From the NCBI GenBank assembly GCA_050946575.1, contig JBMNVB010000005.1, positions 39,383 through 103,382 on the forward strand: a stretch of 64,000 nucleotides of DNA, read 5' to 3'. Each line of letters starts with the position of its first letter. Within the stretch, counting starts at the first letter, position 1. The notes under the pieces were generated by a model. It saw nothing but the letters and a program-made list of their open reading frames with translations, had not been told where the DNA came from and searched no databases. This document shows positions 17,051-25,619 of this stretch, piece by piece. The DNA comes from Anaerovoracaceae bacterium. GTDB taxonomy: Bacteria > Bacillota > Clostridia > Peptostreptococcales > Anaerovoracaceae. The position numbers and the translations under genes were made by a program.

Positions 17051-17854
17051 ATGAGCAGATGGAATAAACGTGATGTCAGAGGCTGGGCGGACAGGGCTGC
17101 CGCTTCGGTCAATGACGATTTTGAAAGAAGACGGAGGCAGGCCATGAAGAGTTCTGCCGTTAAAAAAGCGAGAAAGCGCGCGGATAAGTTCATGGACGAA
17201 GCGGCTGACTTCAGAGACAGCGCGATAGATTTCGCGGGTGAGACGCTCCAGGACGCGGCTGATTTCGCGGAGGATAAATTCGCGGACGCGGCGAAGGCCG
17301 CGGAGCCGTATATGACCAGGGCGAGGAAGCGCGCCAGGAACGCGGGGGACATTGCCGCCGAGCGAGCGAAATTCGCAGCGCAGAGGGCCCAGGAGATCAG
17401 CGAGGCTGCGGCCGTGAGGGCGCAGAACGCAGCGGAACGTGCGCAGGAGCTGAGTGACGCGGCGGCCGTAAGGGCTCAGAACGCGGCGGACCGCGCGAGA
17501 GAACTCAGGAAACGCGCCGAAGAGGCCCGTGAAGAGGCGGAAGACGTCGAAGTCATCGCCGTCGTCGAAGAAGAGGGCGAAAAGATGTCGCGCCGTGCGA
17601 AGAAGGCAGAAAAAAAGGCCCGCAGGGCTGCGCAGAAGAAATACGATAAAATGATGGATCGCACGGAAAAGAAGGAAGCCCGCCGGAATGAGAAGAAGGC
17701 AGGCAGGACTGAGACCAGCGATTCATATACGGACGAAATGGAGCTGGTACCCGTGAAAAAGAAAAGGAAAACGCGCAAGGCGGGGTATGCGGTGCTTGCC
17801 GCGCTCATCGCGCCGATAGCGTTCATCCTGATGAAGGACAGAAAAGATTTTTAG
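17051..17854 (+). CDS. Hypothetical tail-anchored, highly charged alpha-helical repeat protein
   Basis: GGAGGTGG RBS 6 nt before the ATG. Ala/Arg/Glu/Lys-rich with internal repeats (AAVRAQNAAERAQELSDAAAVRAQNAADRARELRK). Single C-terminal TM helix (AGYAVLAALIAPIAFILM). No recognisable family. Confidence 0.6.
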   Translation: MSRWNKRDVRGWADRAAASVNDDFERRRRQAMKSSAVKKARKRADKFMDEAADFRDSAIDFAGETLQDAADFAEDKFADAAKAAEPYMTRARKRARNAGDIAAERAKFAAQRAQEISEAAAVRAQNAAERAQELSDAAAVRAQNAADRARELRKRAEEAREEAEDVEVIAVVEEEGEKMSRRAKKAEKKARRAAQKKYDKMMDRTEKKEARRNEKKAGRTETSDSYTDEMELVPVKKKRKTRKAGYAVLAALIAPIAFILMKDRKDF

Positions 17855-17916
17855 TAATCAGTTGTAACTGAATGAGAAGCAGGGCCTGCGAAACGGGCCC
17901 TGTTTTCGGAGTGATC

Positions 17917-18351
17917 ATGAACAGAATTTTGGATAAAGAAGAGATAAAAAAGATACTTCCGCACCGGGAGCCGTTCCTCCTTATTGACGAAGTGACGGAG
18001 CTCGTGCCTGGGGAAAAGGTGACGGCCGTTAAGCATGTGTCGGAAGACGAATATTATTTTAAGGGGCATTTCCCGGGACATCCCGTGATGCCGGGCGTGC
18101 TTATAGTCGAATCGCTCGCGCAGGCCGGGGCGGTCGCCGCATTGTCGATACCGGGGAACGAGGGACGCATCGCGTTCTTCTCGGGAATAAACAATGCGAA
18201 ATTCAGGCGGCAGGTAGTGCCGGGAGACGATCTCAGGCTCGAAGTTGAACTCACACATTTAAGGTCGCGCGCCGGGAAGGGCAGCGCGAAGGCGTACGTC
18301 GGGGATGACCTCGCGTGCCAGTGTGATATCTCATTCATGTTCGCCGACTGA
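17917..18351 (+). CDS. fabZ: 3-hydroxyacyl-[ACP] dehydratase
   Basis: LPHREPFLLIDEV..HFPGHPVMPGVLIVESLAQ signature. Confidence 0.9.
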   Translation: MNRILDKEEIKKILPHREPFLLIDEVTELVPGEKVTAVKHVSEDEYYFKGHFPGHPVMPGVLIVESLAQAGAVAALSIPGNEGRIAFFSGINNAKFRRQVVPGDDLRLEVELTHLRSRAGKGSAKAYVGDDLACQCDISFMFAD

Positions 18352-18361
18352 CGGAGGAGTT

Positions 18362-19840
18362 ATGGAAACATCCGAACGCATCGACAAACTGCTTGTGAAT
18401 ATCTTCAATGTCGTCCTCAAAATGGAGGAGAAGGCATTGATGAGTTCGAGCACGCACGATCTTTCGCTGAACGAGATGCACACTCTCGCGGCGATCGGGA
18501 GCGAGCCGCTCAGCGGGCGCGGGGCGCGTCCGAAGACGATGACCCAGGTGGCGGCCATGCTGAAGATCAAGGTGAGTACGCTGACCACTTCCGTAAACCG
18601 CCTTGTCCGCAAGGGCTATGTCAGCAGGTCGCGCGCGCAGAGGGACGGCAGGATAGTGCTGCTCCGGCTCACGAAGGCCGGCCGCGACGCGGTGGAGGAG
18701 CACCGCGCATATCATAAGAAGTTCATCGCGGAGACGCTCGCGCTGCTCGATCCGCAGGAGCAGGAACTGCTCGCACGTTCGCTTGAGAGAATAAACGAAT
18801 TCGTATCGATGCAGCAGACGCCGCCGATCCGTGACCCCGAAAGTTTCAGGGCGAAGCCGCTCAGGATAGGGAATGTTGTTGTGCCGGTGCCCGTGTTCCA
18901 GGGCGGGATGAGCATCGGAGTATCGCTCGGAGGCCTTGCCGGAGCGGTCGCGAAAGAAGGGGCCGCGGGATGCGTCGCGGCCGCCGAATGCGGATTCGCC
19001 GAAGAGGATTACGAAGAGAACAGGACCGAGGCGAATATCAGAGTGCTCGAGCGCGAGATAAAAAAGGCGAAGAAGATCTCGGCCACGGGGACGCCGGGGC
19101 CCGTGGCGGCGAATATTCCTTATACGACGGAAAAATACGCGGACTACGTGGACGCCGCCATCAATGCGGGCGCTGACATGATCGTTACCGGAGCCGGCGT
19201 ACCGACATCTCTGCCCGGGATAGCCGAAGGAAGGAACGTAGCTCTCGTGCCCGTGATCTCATCACCGCGCGGCGCCCGGGTCATCATGAAGAACTGGAAG
19301 AAAAAATACGGGCGCATACCGGACGCCTTCATTTTCGAGGGCCCGTTTTCCGGAGGAACGCTCGGATACAGCGAGGAGAAGATAGATATCGCGCGCGAGG
19401 AATTCTACGCGAACATCGCGGAGACGAAGCAGGAGCTCGATGCCGCCGGCGGATGTCCTCTCATCGTGGGCGGCGGTATCAGGACGCTGCAGGACGCGCA
19501 GAAAGCTTACGCGTACGGCGCGGACGGCGTGCAGATAGGGACCAGATTCGTAACGACGGAGGAATGCGACGCGCCGGAGGGCTTCAGGAAGGCGTATCTC
19601 GACGCCGGCGAAGACGATGTGGCGCTGGTCGAAGGCGACGGCGGAAAGCCGTGCTGGGCCGTGAGGAACGCGTATGTGAGGAAACTCGAATCGGGCGGCG
19701 AACCGCTGCCGCTGACTGAAGCGGCCCTAATAACCGCCGGAGGAGACCTCGAGAACGGGATCATCATGTGCGGACGCGACTGCTGGAAGAACGACCGCAT
19801 CGAAAAAGTCGCGGATATAATCGCGGAGTTCACAGTGTGA
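18362..19840 (+). CDS. Fusion protein: N-terminal MarR-family winged-helix regulator plus C-terminal FabK/nitronate-monooxygenase-like TIM barrel
   Basis: Residues ~1-150 are MarR-like (LSLNEMHTLAAIG..VSTLTTSVNRLVRKGYV..DGRIVLLRLTKAGR). The rest aligns to FabK (VFQGGMS.., GGGIRT..GADGVQIGTRF), but the GGH motif reads GGTLG. GGAGGAG RBS. Confidence 0.8.
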   Translation: METSERIDKLLVNIFNVVLKMEEKALMSSSTHDLSLNEMHTLAAIGSEPLSGRGARPKTMTQVAAMLKIKVSTLTTSVNRLVRKGYVSRSRAQRDGRIVLLRLTKAGRDAVEEHRAYHKKFIAETLALLDPQEQELLARSLERINEFVSMQQTPPIRDPESFRAKPLRIGNVVVPVPVFQGGMSIGVSLGGLAGAVAKEGAAGCVAAAECGFAEEDYEENRTEANIRVLEREIKKAKKISATGTPGPVAANIPYTTEKYADYVDAAINAGADMIVTGAGVPTSLPGIAEGRNVALVPVISSPRGARVIMKNWKKKYGRIPDAFIFEGPFSGGTLGYSEEKIDIAREEFYANIAETKQELDAAGGCPLIVGGGIRTLQDAQKAYAYGADGVQIGTRFVTTEECDAPEGFRKAYLDAGEDDVALVEGDGGKPCWAVRNAYVRKLESGGEPLPLTEAALITAGGDLENGIIMCGRDCWKNDRIEKVADIIAEFTV

Positions 19841-19898
19841 CCGCATTCATGTTCCATGGCCGGCGCACCCGGTGTATAATGTTCCTGAGGTGGAACGG

Positions 19899-22800
19899 AT
19901 GCTGAATATTTACTACGGTCGTGAAGACACCGACCGCGACAGATTCATATATGAAAACATCAGCGGCAGGACGCTCGTGCTCGTACCTGATCAGTTTACA
20001 CTGCAGGCGGAGCGGGACGCCCTGTTTTATCTTGAGGCGAACGGGCTCCTGGACATCGAGATCATGAGCATGAACCGCCTGTTCACCCGCGTGCTGACGG
20101 AATGCGGAGGCGCGCGGCGCAGGATGATAAGCCACGAAGGCCGTCAGATGCTGCTCGCCAAAATACTGGCGAAGGACAAAGGAGATCTCGAAGTCTTCAG
20201 CCAGCTCACTGAGAACGCCGACTTCATCGCGATGGCGAACGACTTCATTTTCGAAGTGAAGCAGTTCGGATTCACGCCCGAGGAGCTCGGCAGGGTGAAG
20301 GACGGGCTCCCGGACGGACGCCTGCTGCGGCGCAAGCTGAGTGACATCGCGCGCGTATATGCGGATTACGAAGAAGCGATCGAGGGGAAATACGTCGACA
20401 CCGAAGACCGCGTCAGCCTTGTCGCGGAAAAGATCCCGGAGTCGGAGCTCATAAAAGGCGCAGAGATCTGGATATACGGATTCGACTATCTGACCCCGAA
20501 AAATCTCGAGATCATCGGAGCGCTGCTCAGGTCGGCCGCCGGCGTGAATGTGGTGCTGACGTACAGCGAAGGCGGCGCGGACGACGACGTGTTCGGCATC
20601 GGGAAAATCATGACAGAAAAGCTGCATCAATGCTCGGAGGACGCGGGGCAGGCGTGCCCGGCGCCCGTGAGGATCGACCCGGCTGAGTATCCGATAATGC
20701 GGAGAGCGCCGCTCGCGTTCATCGAGAAGAACCTGTTCGCGGTCCCCCCGGAGAAGATGCCGGTAAGAGCGGAAGAGACCGGCGACACTGCGGATGCGAA
20801 GGAGATAGAAGAGTGCGTCACGCTCGTACAGGCAGCGAACATCCACGCGGAAATGGAGACTGCCGCGTGCGAGGTGACGGAGCTCATCCGCGACCGCGGT
20901 CTTAAACTGTCCGATATTGTCATAATATGCAATGACCTCGAGGTCCGCGGCAGGATCGCGAAGCGCGTGTTCTCGCAGTACGGCATACCGCTGTTCATGG
21001 ACGAAACGCGCGACATCATGTCCAGTCCCGCAGTGAACTACGTATCGATGCTCCTGCGCGTGATCAGCCGCGGCTACAGGACCGATGACGTGACCGGCAT
21101 GATGAAGAGCGGCCTCACCGAGCTGACGGATGACGAGGCGGACTCGCTCGAAAATTACGCCCGCCGGTTCTCCGTCCGCGGCAGGAAAAGATGGGCGGAG
21201 CCGTTCACGAAGGGAATGGACGAAGACCTTGAAACACTGAACGCTCTGCGCGCGAAACTCATTGACCCGGTCGCGGAGTTCGACAGGCAGTTCACGGAAT
21301 GCCGCACGGCGGCGGACCGCATAGACGTGCTTTATGACTATCTCGCCGACAATGCGAAGCTGCCTGAAAAACTGGAAAAGGTAATAAATGAACAGCGCGC
21401 TCTCGGCCGCATGGACGAGGCAAACGAGACGGAGCAGCTGTGGAACGAGATCGTCACGATACTGGATCAGATGCATGAGATCCTCGGTGACACGCGCATC
21501 TCGAAGGAGAATTTCACGGAACTGTTCCTGACCGGAGTGCAGTCCACTCAGATCGGCGTGCTGCCGCCGACGCGCGACGTGCTGATGACGGGCACGATGC
21601 AGAGGTCGAGGACCGGACGGAAAAAGGCGGTGCTCGTCCTCGGAGCGAACGAGGATCTGCTGCCGAAGGCCGTTTCGGCCGGCGGCATCCTGAGCGAGGA
21701 CGAAAAGATAGAACTCGCCGGCAGAGGCGTCGAGATATGCCGTCTCGACAGCCTTCGCGTGCGCGAGGAGGAGATCGCCATATACAGGCACATCTCCGGA
21801 GCGACGGAATACCTGTATGTCAGCTGCTCCGCGTCGGACGAGGACGGCCGCAAAGCCAGACCGTCCGCGATCTTCGACACGCTCAGGGAAATATTCCCGG
21901 GGATAACAGTGCGCGGCGACATAGTCAGCGGGGCATTGACGGATAAGGACACATCAATGCGTATCATCCAGTCGAGGGCCGGCACTCTCCCGCATCTCGC
22001 GGCGGCTGTCCGTGATGCTGCGGCGCGCGGCGGGGATCTGCCGGATGTCTGGAACGATACTCTGAACTGGTATCTTGAGAACGATCCCGAAAGCGCCGCG
22101 ATGCTGCGGTCGGGTCTGATGTACAGGAACGAGGTGTCCCGCGTTTCCAGGGAGCGCGCGGCGGAGCTGTATAAAAAGGCCGGGAAGGACGCCCTTTCGG
22201 TGAGCCCGTCACGGCTCGAAAAGTACGGCAAGTGCCCGTTCATGCATTTCGTGCAGTACGGGCTGAGGCCTGACAACCCCAGGAAGTACGAGTTCGGGAG
22301 CCCGGAAATGGGTGAAGTGTGCCACAGCGCATTGATGCGCCTCGCGAAAGAGCTCACGACGCCCGGCGTCGCGATCACGGATCCCGGGTCAGACTGGCTG
22401 AAAAAGTCCGATGATGAGATCGACAGCATGGTGGATGAGATCGTCGGCAGCGATGCGGCGGAGTACAGGGAAGGTCTGCTTAAGGGTTCGAAGGCGGACG
22501 AATACAGGACGGAGCGGATGCGCAGGATGCTCCGCGGGACGGCGCGCAATATGGTAAGACAGGTAAGGCGCGGGCGCATCGAGCAGATGCTGTTCGAGGC
22601 GGAGTTCGGTCCGGGGAAGGAGCTTTCCGAAGTGAAACTCCCGGGTACGGACGTTTCGCTCCGCGGAAAGATCGACCGGCTGGACATAATGCCGTGCGAC
22701 TATGCGAAGGTAATAGATTACAAGACCGGCGGCGACAGGTATGACCGGTCGATGATAGAGGCCGGAGTGCAGCTCCAGCTGATGATCTACATGCTCGCGG

Positions 22801-23369
22801 CCAGGGCTTCGGACCTCCGCCCGGCGGCTGCGTTCTATTTCCATGTCGCGGAACCGGATGCTGACGCGAAGGAAGTGAATGATCCGGTGACGGAAGACGG
22901 AGAGCCGTCACAGAAACTGCGCGAAAAAATTTCCGCGGATGTCACGAAGACGTATCAGATGGACGGCATTGTCATGAACGAGCCGGGGGTAGTTGATTCC
23001 ATCGACTTTGTCGATGACGATGAAAACGTTGTCGTGGGGACCGGCAGGGAAACGGCCGGAGGCGTGCAGGACGAGACTGATCCCGACGACACAGGGACGA
23101 AGGGAACGGACGCGCTTTCGGGCACCGTGTTCAAAGTTACCAGATGGAACGCGGATAAATATATGAGCGAGACGGAATTCAATGATTTCCTGGACCGGTT
23201 CGGGGAGATGATCGGGAAGATGTGCGCCGAGCTTGAAGACGGCGATATAAAGATAGAGCCGAAGGTAAAGGGCAGGGAAAGAGTGTCATGCATGTACTGC
23301 GAATTCCGGGGGATCTGCAAATACGATGAAGAGGTGCCCGGATTCTCCAGCAGGAGGATAAAAAAATAG
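19899..23369 (+). CDS. addB: Helicase-exonuclease AddAB subunit B (AddB/RexB type with Fe-S nuclease domain)
   Basis: LVPDQFTLQAERDAL N-terminus. C-terminal PD-(D/E)XK block GKIDRLD..VIDYKTG, with Cys ligands (GKCPFMHF .. CMYCEFRGIC). Confidence 0.85.
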   Translation: MLNIYYGREDTDRDRFIYENISGRTLVLVPDQFTLQAERDALFYLEANGLLDIEIMSMNRLFTRVLTECGGARRRMISHEGRQMLLAKILAKDKGDLEVFSQLTENADFIAMANDFIFEVKQFGFTPEELGRVKDGLPDGRLLRRKLSDIARVYADYEEAIEGKYVDTEDRVSLVAEKIPESELIKGAEIWIYGFDYLTPKNLEIIGALLRSAAGVNVVLTYSEGGADDDVFGIGKIMTEKLHQCSEDAGQACPAPVRIDPAEYPIMRRAPLAFIEKNLFAVPPEKMPVRAEETGDTADAKEIEECVTLVQAANIHAEMETAACEVTELIRDRGLKLSDIVIICNDLEVRGRIAKRVFSQYGIPLFMDETRDIMSSPAVNYVSMLLRVISRGYRTDDVTGMMKSGLTELTDDEADSLENYARRFSVRGRKRWAEPFTKGMDEDLETLNALRAKLIDPVAEFDRQFTECRTAADRIDVLYDYLADNAKLPEKLEKVINEQRALGRMDEANETEQLWNEIVTILDQMHEILGDTRISKENFTELFLTGVQSTQIGVLPPTRDVLMTGTMQRSRTGRKKAVLVLGANEDLLPKAVSAGGILSEDEKIELAGRGVEICRLDSLRVREEEIAIYRHISGATEYLYVSCSASDEDGRKARPSAIFDTLREIFPGITVRGDIVSGALTDKDTSMRIIQSRAGTLPHLAAAVRDAAARGGDLPDVWNDTLNWYLENDPESAAMLRSGLMYRNEVSRVSRERAAELYKKAGKDALSVSPSRLEKYGKCPFMHFVQYGLRPDNPRKYEFGSPEMGEVCHSALMRLAKELTTPGVAITDPGSDWLKKSDDEIDSMVDEIVGSDAAEYREGLLKGSKADEYRTERMRRMLRGTARNMVRQVRRGRIEQMLFEAEFGPGKELSEVKLPGTDVSLRGKIDRLDIMPCDYAKVIDYKTGGDRYDRSMIEAGVQLQLMIYMLAARASDLRPAAAFYFHVAEPDADAKEVNDPVTEDGEPSQKLREKISADVTKTYQMDGIVMNEPGVVDSIDFVDDDENVVVGTGRETAGGVQDETDPDDTGTKGTDALSGTVFKVTRWNADKYMSETEFNDFLDRFGEMIGKMCAELEDGDIKIEPKVKGRERVSCMYCEFRGICKYDEEVPGFSSRRIKK

Positions 23370-23376
23370 GTACGCA

Positions 23377-23411
23377 GGGCGGGAGCGGGATATTTCGCTT
23401 CCGCCTTTTCG
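23377..23411 (+). terminator. Intrinsic terminator after addB
   Basis: GGCGGGAGCG..loop..CGCTTCCGCC followed by TTTTC. Confidence 0.6.
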
Positions 23412-23414
23412 GAA

Positions 23415-23453
23415 TAAAAAAAGGACTGCTGCCTGAAAGATACGGCAGCAGCC
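23415..23453 (-). terminator. Intrinsic terminator after tRNA-Thr
   Basis: Minus strand: GGCTGCTGCC-loop-GGCAGCAGTCC followed by TTTTTTT. Confidence 0.7.
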
Positions 23454-23458
23454 CTTTC

Positions 23459-23534
23459 TGGAGCTACTGGCCAGAATCGAACTGGCTACCTGCACGTTAC
23501 GAATGTGCTGCTCTACCGATTGAGCTACAGTAGC
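23459..23534 (-). tRNA. tRNA-Thr (anticodon CGU), CCA encoded
   Basis: Minus strand GCTACTGTAGCTCAATCGGTAGAGCAGCACATTCGTAACGTGCAGGTAGCCAGTTCGATTCTGGCCAGTAGCTCCA. It has a 7-bp acceptor stem, D-arm GCTC/GAGC, T-arm GCCAG/CTGGC with TTCGATT loop, and anticodon loop TTCGTAA. One A-C mismatch closes the anticodon stem. Confidence 0.85.
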
Positions 23535-23548
23535 AAAGGTACTTTGTT

Positions 23549-23577
23549 ATTATACTTATTCGCTTGATTCAAGTCAA
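23549..23577 (-). promoter_or_regulatory. Consensus promoter for tRNA-Thr (TTGACT-17-TATAAT)
   Basis: Minus strand TTGACT (23572-23577), 17-nt spacer, TATAAT (23549-23554), 14 nt before the tRNA 5' end. Confidence 0.7.
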
Positions 23578-24401
23578 CCGGTTTTCGTTTTTTCATTCAT
23601 TTTCCCGGTGCAGTAGCCGTCGGGATCAAGACTGATCTCAGCGAATCCCGCTTCGGTGAGAAAATCAGTTATCTCTTTTTCGTGCCTGCGGTACAGATCG
23701 AATTCTTCCGGCAGGAGTTCGATGCTTGCGGCATATCTCCCGGCCCCGTCACCGCCCCTTTCGATGATCCTCACACGGTACTGGGTGAAACCGGTCCTGC
23801 GGAGCAGGTCTTCTCCCTTTTCGACCATCAGGAGCTTATCGTCCGTGATGCGTTCGCCGGTCGGGAACCTGCTCGCGAGACACGCGAACGACGCCTTGTC
23901 CCATGTCGGAAGACCGTGCAGGCGTGAATAGAATCTTATGTCATCCTTCGTGAATCCGCATTCTTTCAGCGGGCTGACCACGGACAGTTCGGCCAGCGCG
24001 CGCATCCCGGGACGGAAGTCGCCTTCGTCGGACAGGTTCGTGCCGTCGCACATTGCCCCGAAGCCCTCCTCCTTCGCGATGCCGATCATCGTTTCAAACA
24101 ATGCGTGCTTGCAGATGTAGCAGCGGTCCTCCGGATTTTCCGCGAATCCCGGTATGGAAAGCTGATCGAGCCGGCAGACTCTGAGCCGGACGCCGGAGTC
24201 ACGCGCGAGCTTTATGGCCTCCGCCGACTCATGGCGCGGCACGCACTGCGCCTCGGTCATTACCGCGAGGACATTCTCCTCCCCAAGAGCCGCGGCCGCC
24301 GAATACAGCAGGTACGTGGAATCGACGCCGCCCGAAAACGCGACCGCGACGCGGCCGAGCTTCTTCAGATATTCAAACAGTTCCTTTTCCTTATCTATCA
24401 T
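23574..24401 (-). CDS. larE: LarE-family ATP-dependent sulfur transferase (PP-loop ATP pyrophosphatase)
   Basis: PP-loop VAFSGGVDSTYLL. Conserved CLASRFP cysteine region and RVRI..ASIEL C-terminal block, as in LarE. Confidence 0.75.
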   Translation of the reverse strand: MIDKEKELFEYLKKLGRVAVAFSGGVDSTYLLYSAAAALGEENVLAVMTEAQCVPRHESAEAIKLARDSGVRLRVCRLDQLSIPGFAENPEDRCYICKHALFETMIGIAKEEGFGAMCDGTNLSDEGDFRPGMRALAELSVVSPLKECGFTKDDIRFYSRLHGLPTWDKASFACLASRFPTGERITDDKLLMVEKGEDLLRRTGFTQYRVRIIERGGDGAGRYAASIELLPEEFDLYRRHEKEITDFLTEAGFAEISLDPDGYCTGKMNEKTKTG

Positions 24402-24411
24402 GGTTCTCCCT

Positions 24412-25452
24412 TTACAATATCGTCCCGCCGCCGAGAAGCAGACCGCCGTCGTAGAACACTACGGCCTGCCCTGCAGTAACTGCGCGCTGCGGTACGTCGA
24501 ATTTTACATCAATGCTGTCAGGATCTGTGCCCGGAGTGACTGTGCACGGCTGTTCGGGCTTTCTGTAGCGTGTCGCCGCGCTGCAGCGGATCCCGCCGTC
24601 CGGCAGCCGGCCGAACGCGATCCAGTTCACGTCCCCGGCGCGGAGAGTATCGGTATAGAGATTTTCTTCGTATCCGAGAACGACTTCGTTGCGCGCCGCG
24701 TCCTTGCGCACGACGTACATCGGCTTCTTCAGCGCGAGCCCCAGGCCCCTCCGCTGCCCGATCGTGTATCTGACGATCCCGCGGTGGCGGCCGAGCACGC
24801 GGCCGCTTTCGTCGACGAAATCCCCCGGCTCCGGCTCACGTCCGGTGTACGCTCCGATAAAGTCCGCATAGCCGCCGTCCACGAAACAGATATCCTGGCT
24901 CTCGGGCTTCCGCGCATTGATGAAGCCCTCGCGCTCCGCGACGGCGCGGACATCTTCCTTTGCGAGCCCCGACAGAGGGAACGCGGCCATGGCGAGCTGC
25001 TCCTGCGTGAGGGAATAGAGCACATAGGTCTGATCCTTTGCCCGGTCGGAAGCGCGTCTCAGAAGGTACCGCCCGTCCTCCGGGCGCCGCTCGAGCAGTA
25101 CATAATGACCGGTAGCGACCTTTTCGGCGCCGAGCTGCCTCGCGGCTTCGAACAGTTTCCCGAATTTGATCTCTCTGTTGCAGTCGATGCACGGGTTCGG
25201 TGTCCTTCCGCCTTCGTACTCCCGTACGAATTTCCCGATGACGAGCTTTTCGAATTCGTCTCTGAGATCGAGCACGCGGTGCGGTATCCCGAGCCGCGCG
25301 CAGACGGCGGCCGCGTCTTCGATGTCCCGCTCCCCGCCGCCGTGCAGCCTGAGCGTGACCCCGACGCAGTCGAAGCCCTCCTGTTTCATCAGATATGCGG
25401 CGACGGACGAATCCACGCCGCCGCTCATTGCTATAACCGCTCTGCTCTTCAT
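24412..25452 (-). CDS. mnmA: tRNA 2-thiouridine(34) synthase
   Basis: AMSGGVDSSVAAYLM PP-loop, NPCIDCN and ATGHY motifs. Confidence 0.9.
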   Translation of the reverse strand: MKSRAVIAMSGGVDSSVAAYLMKQEGFDCVGVTLRLHGGGERDIEDAAAVCARLGIPHRVLDLRDEFEKLVIGKFVREYEGGRTPNPCIDCNREIKFGKLFEAARQLGAEKVATGHYVLLERRPEDGRYLLRRASDRAKDQTYVLYSLTQEQLAMAAFPLSGLAKEDVRAVAEREGFINARKPESQDICFVDGGYADFIGAYTGREPEPGDFVDESGRVLGRHRGIVRYTIGQRRGLGLALKKPMYVVRKDAARNEVVLGYEENLYTDTLRAGDVNWIAFGRLPDGGIRCSAATRYRKPEQPCTVTPGTDPDSIDVKFDVPQRAVTAGQAVVFYDGGLLLGGGTIL

Positions 25453-25619
25453 TCCGGATCCTTTCCTGCCCTGTGATTATATCTTCCGGCGGGCGGAGGT
25501 GTCAATCAGGGGTTTTATGCCGCGCCGCCGGCGTTCCGCAGCACTGTATTTCCGAGCATTGTTGTGCTATAATATTAAGACTGTAATTGAAAACAGAGCA
25601 TATTTTGGGAGCGCAATAT

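Noticed and set aside
15490-17352. 620-aa ORF on the minus strand opposite fabG/fabF. Similar long antisense ORFs lie at 19830-21791, 24214-25476, 42445-44385, 45548-47410 and 12589-13716.
   Set aside because: Each lies antisense to a gene with strong family motifs. They have Arg/Pro/Ala-rich low-complexity translations and no RBS. They are the expected stop-poor shadow frames of GC3-rich coding sequence.
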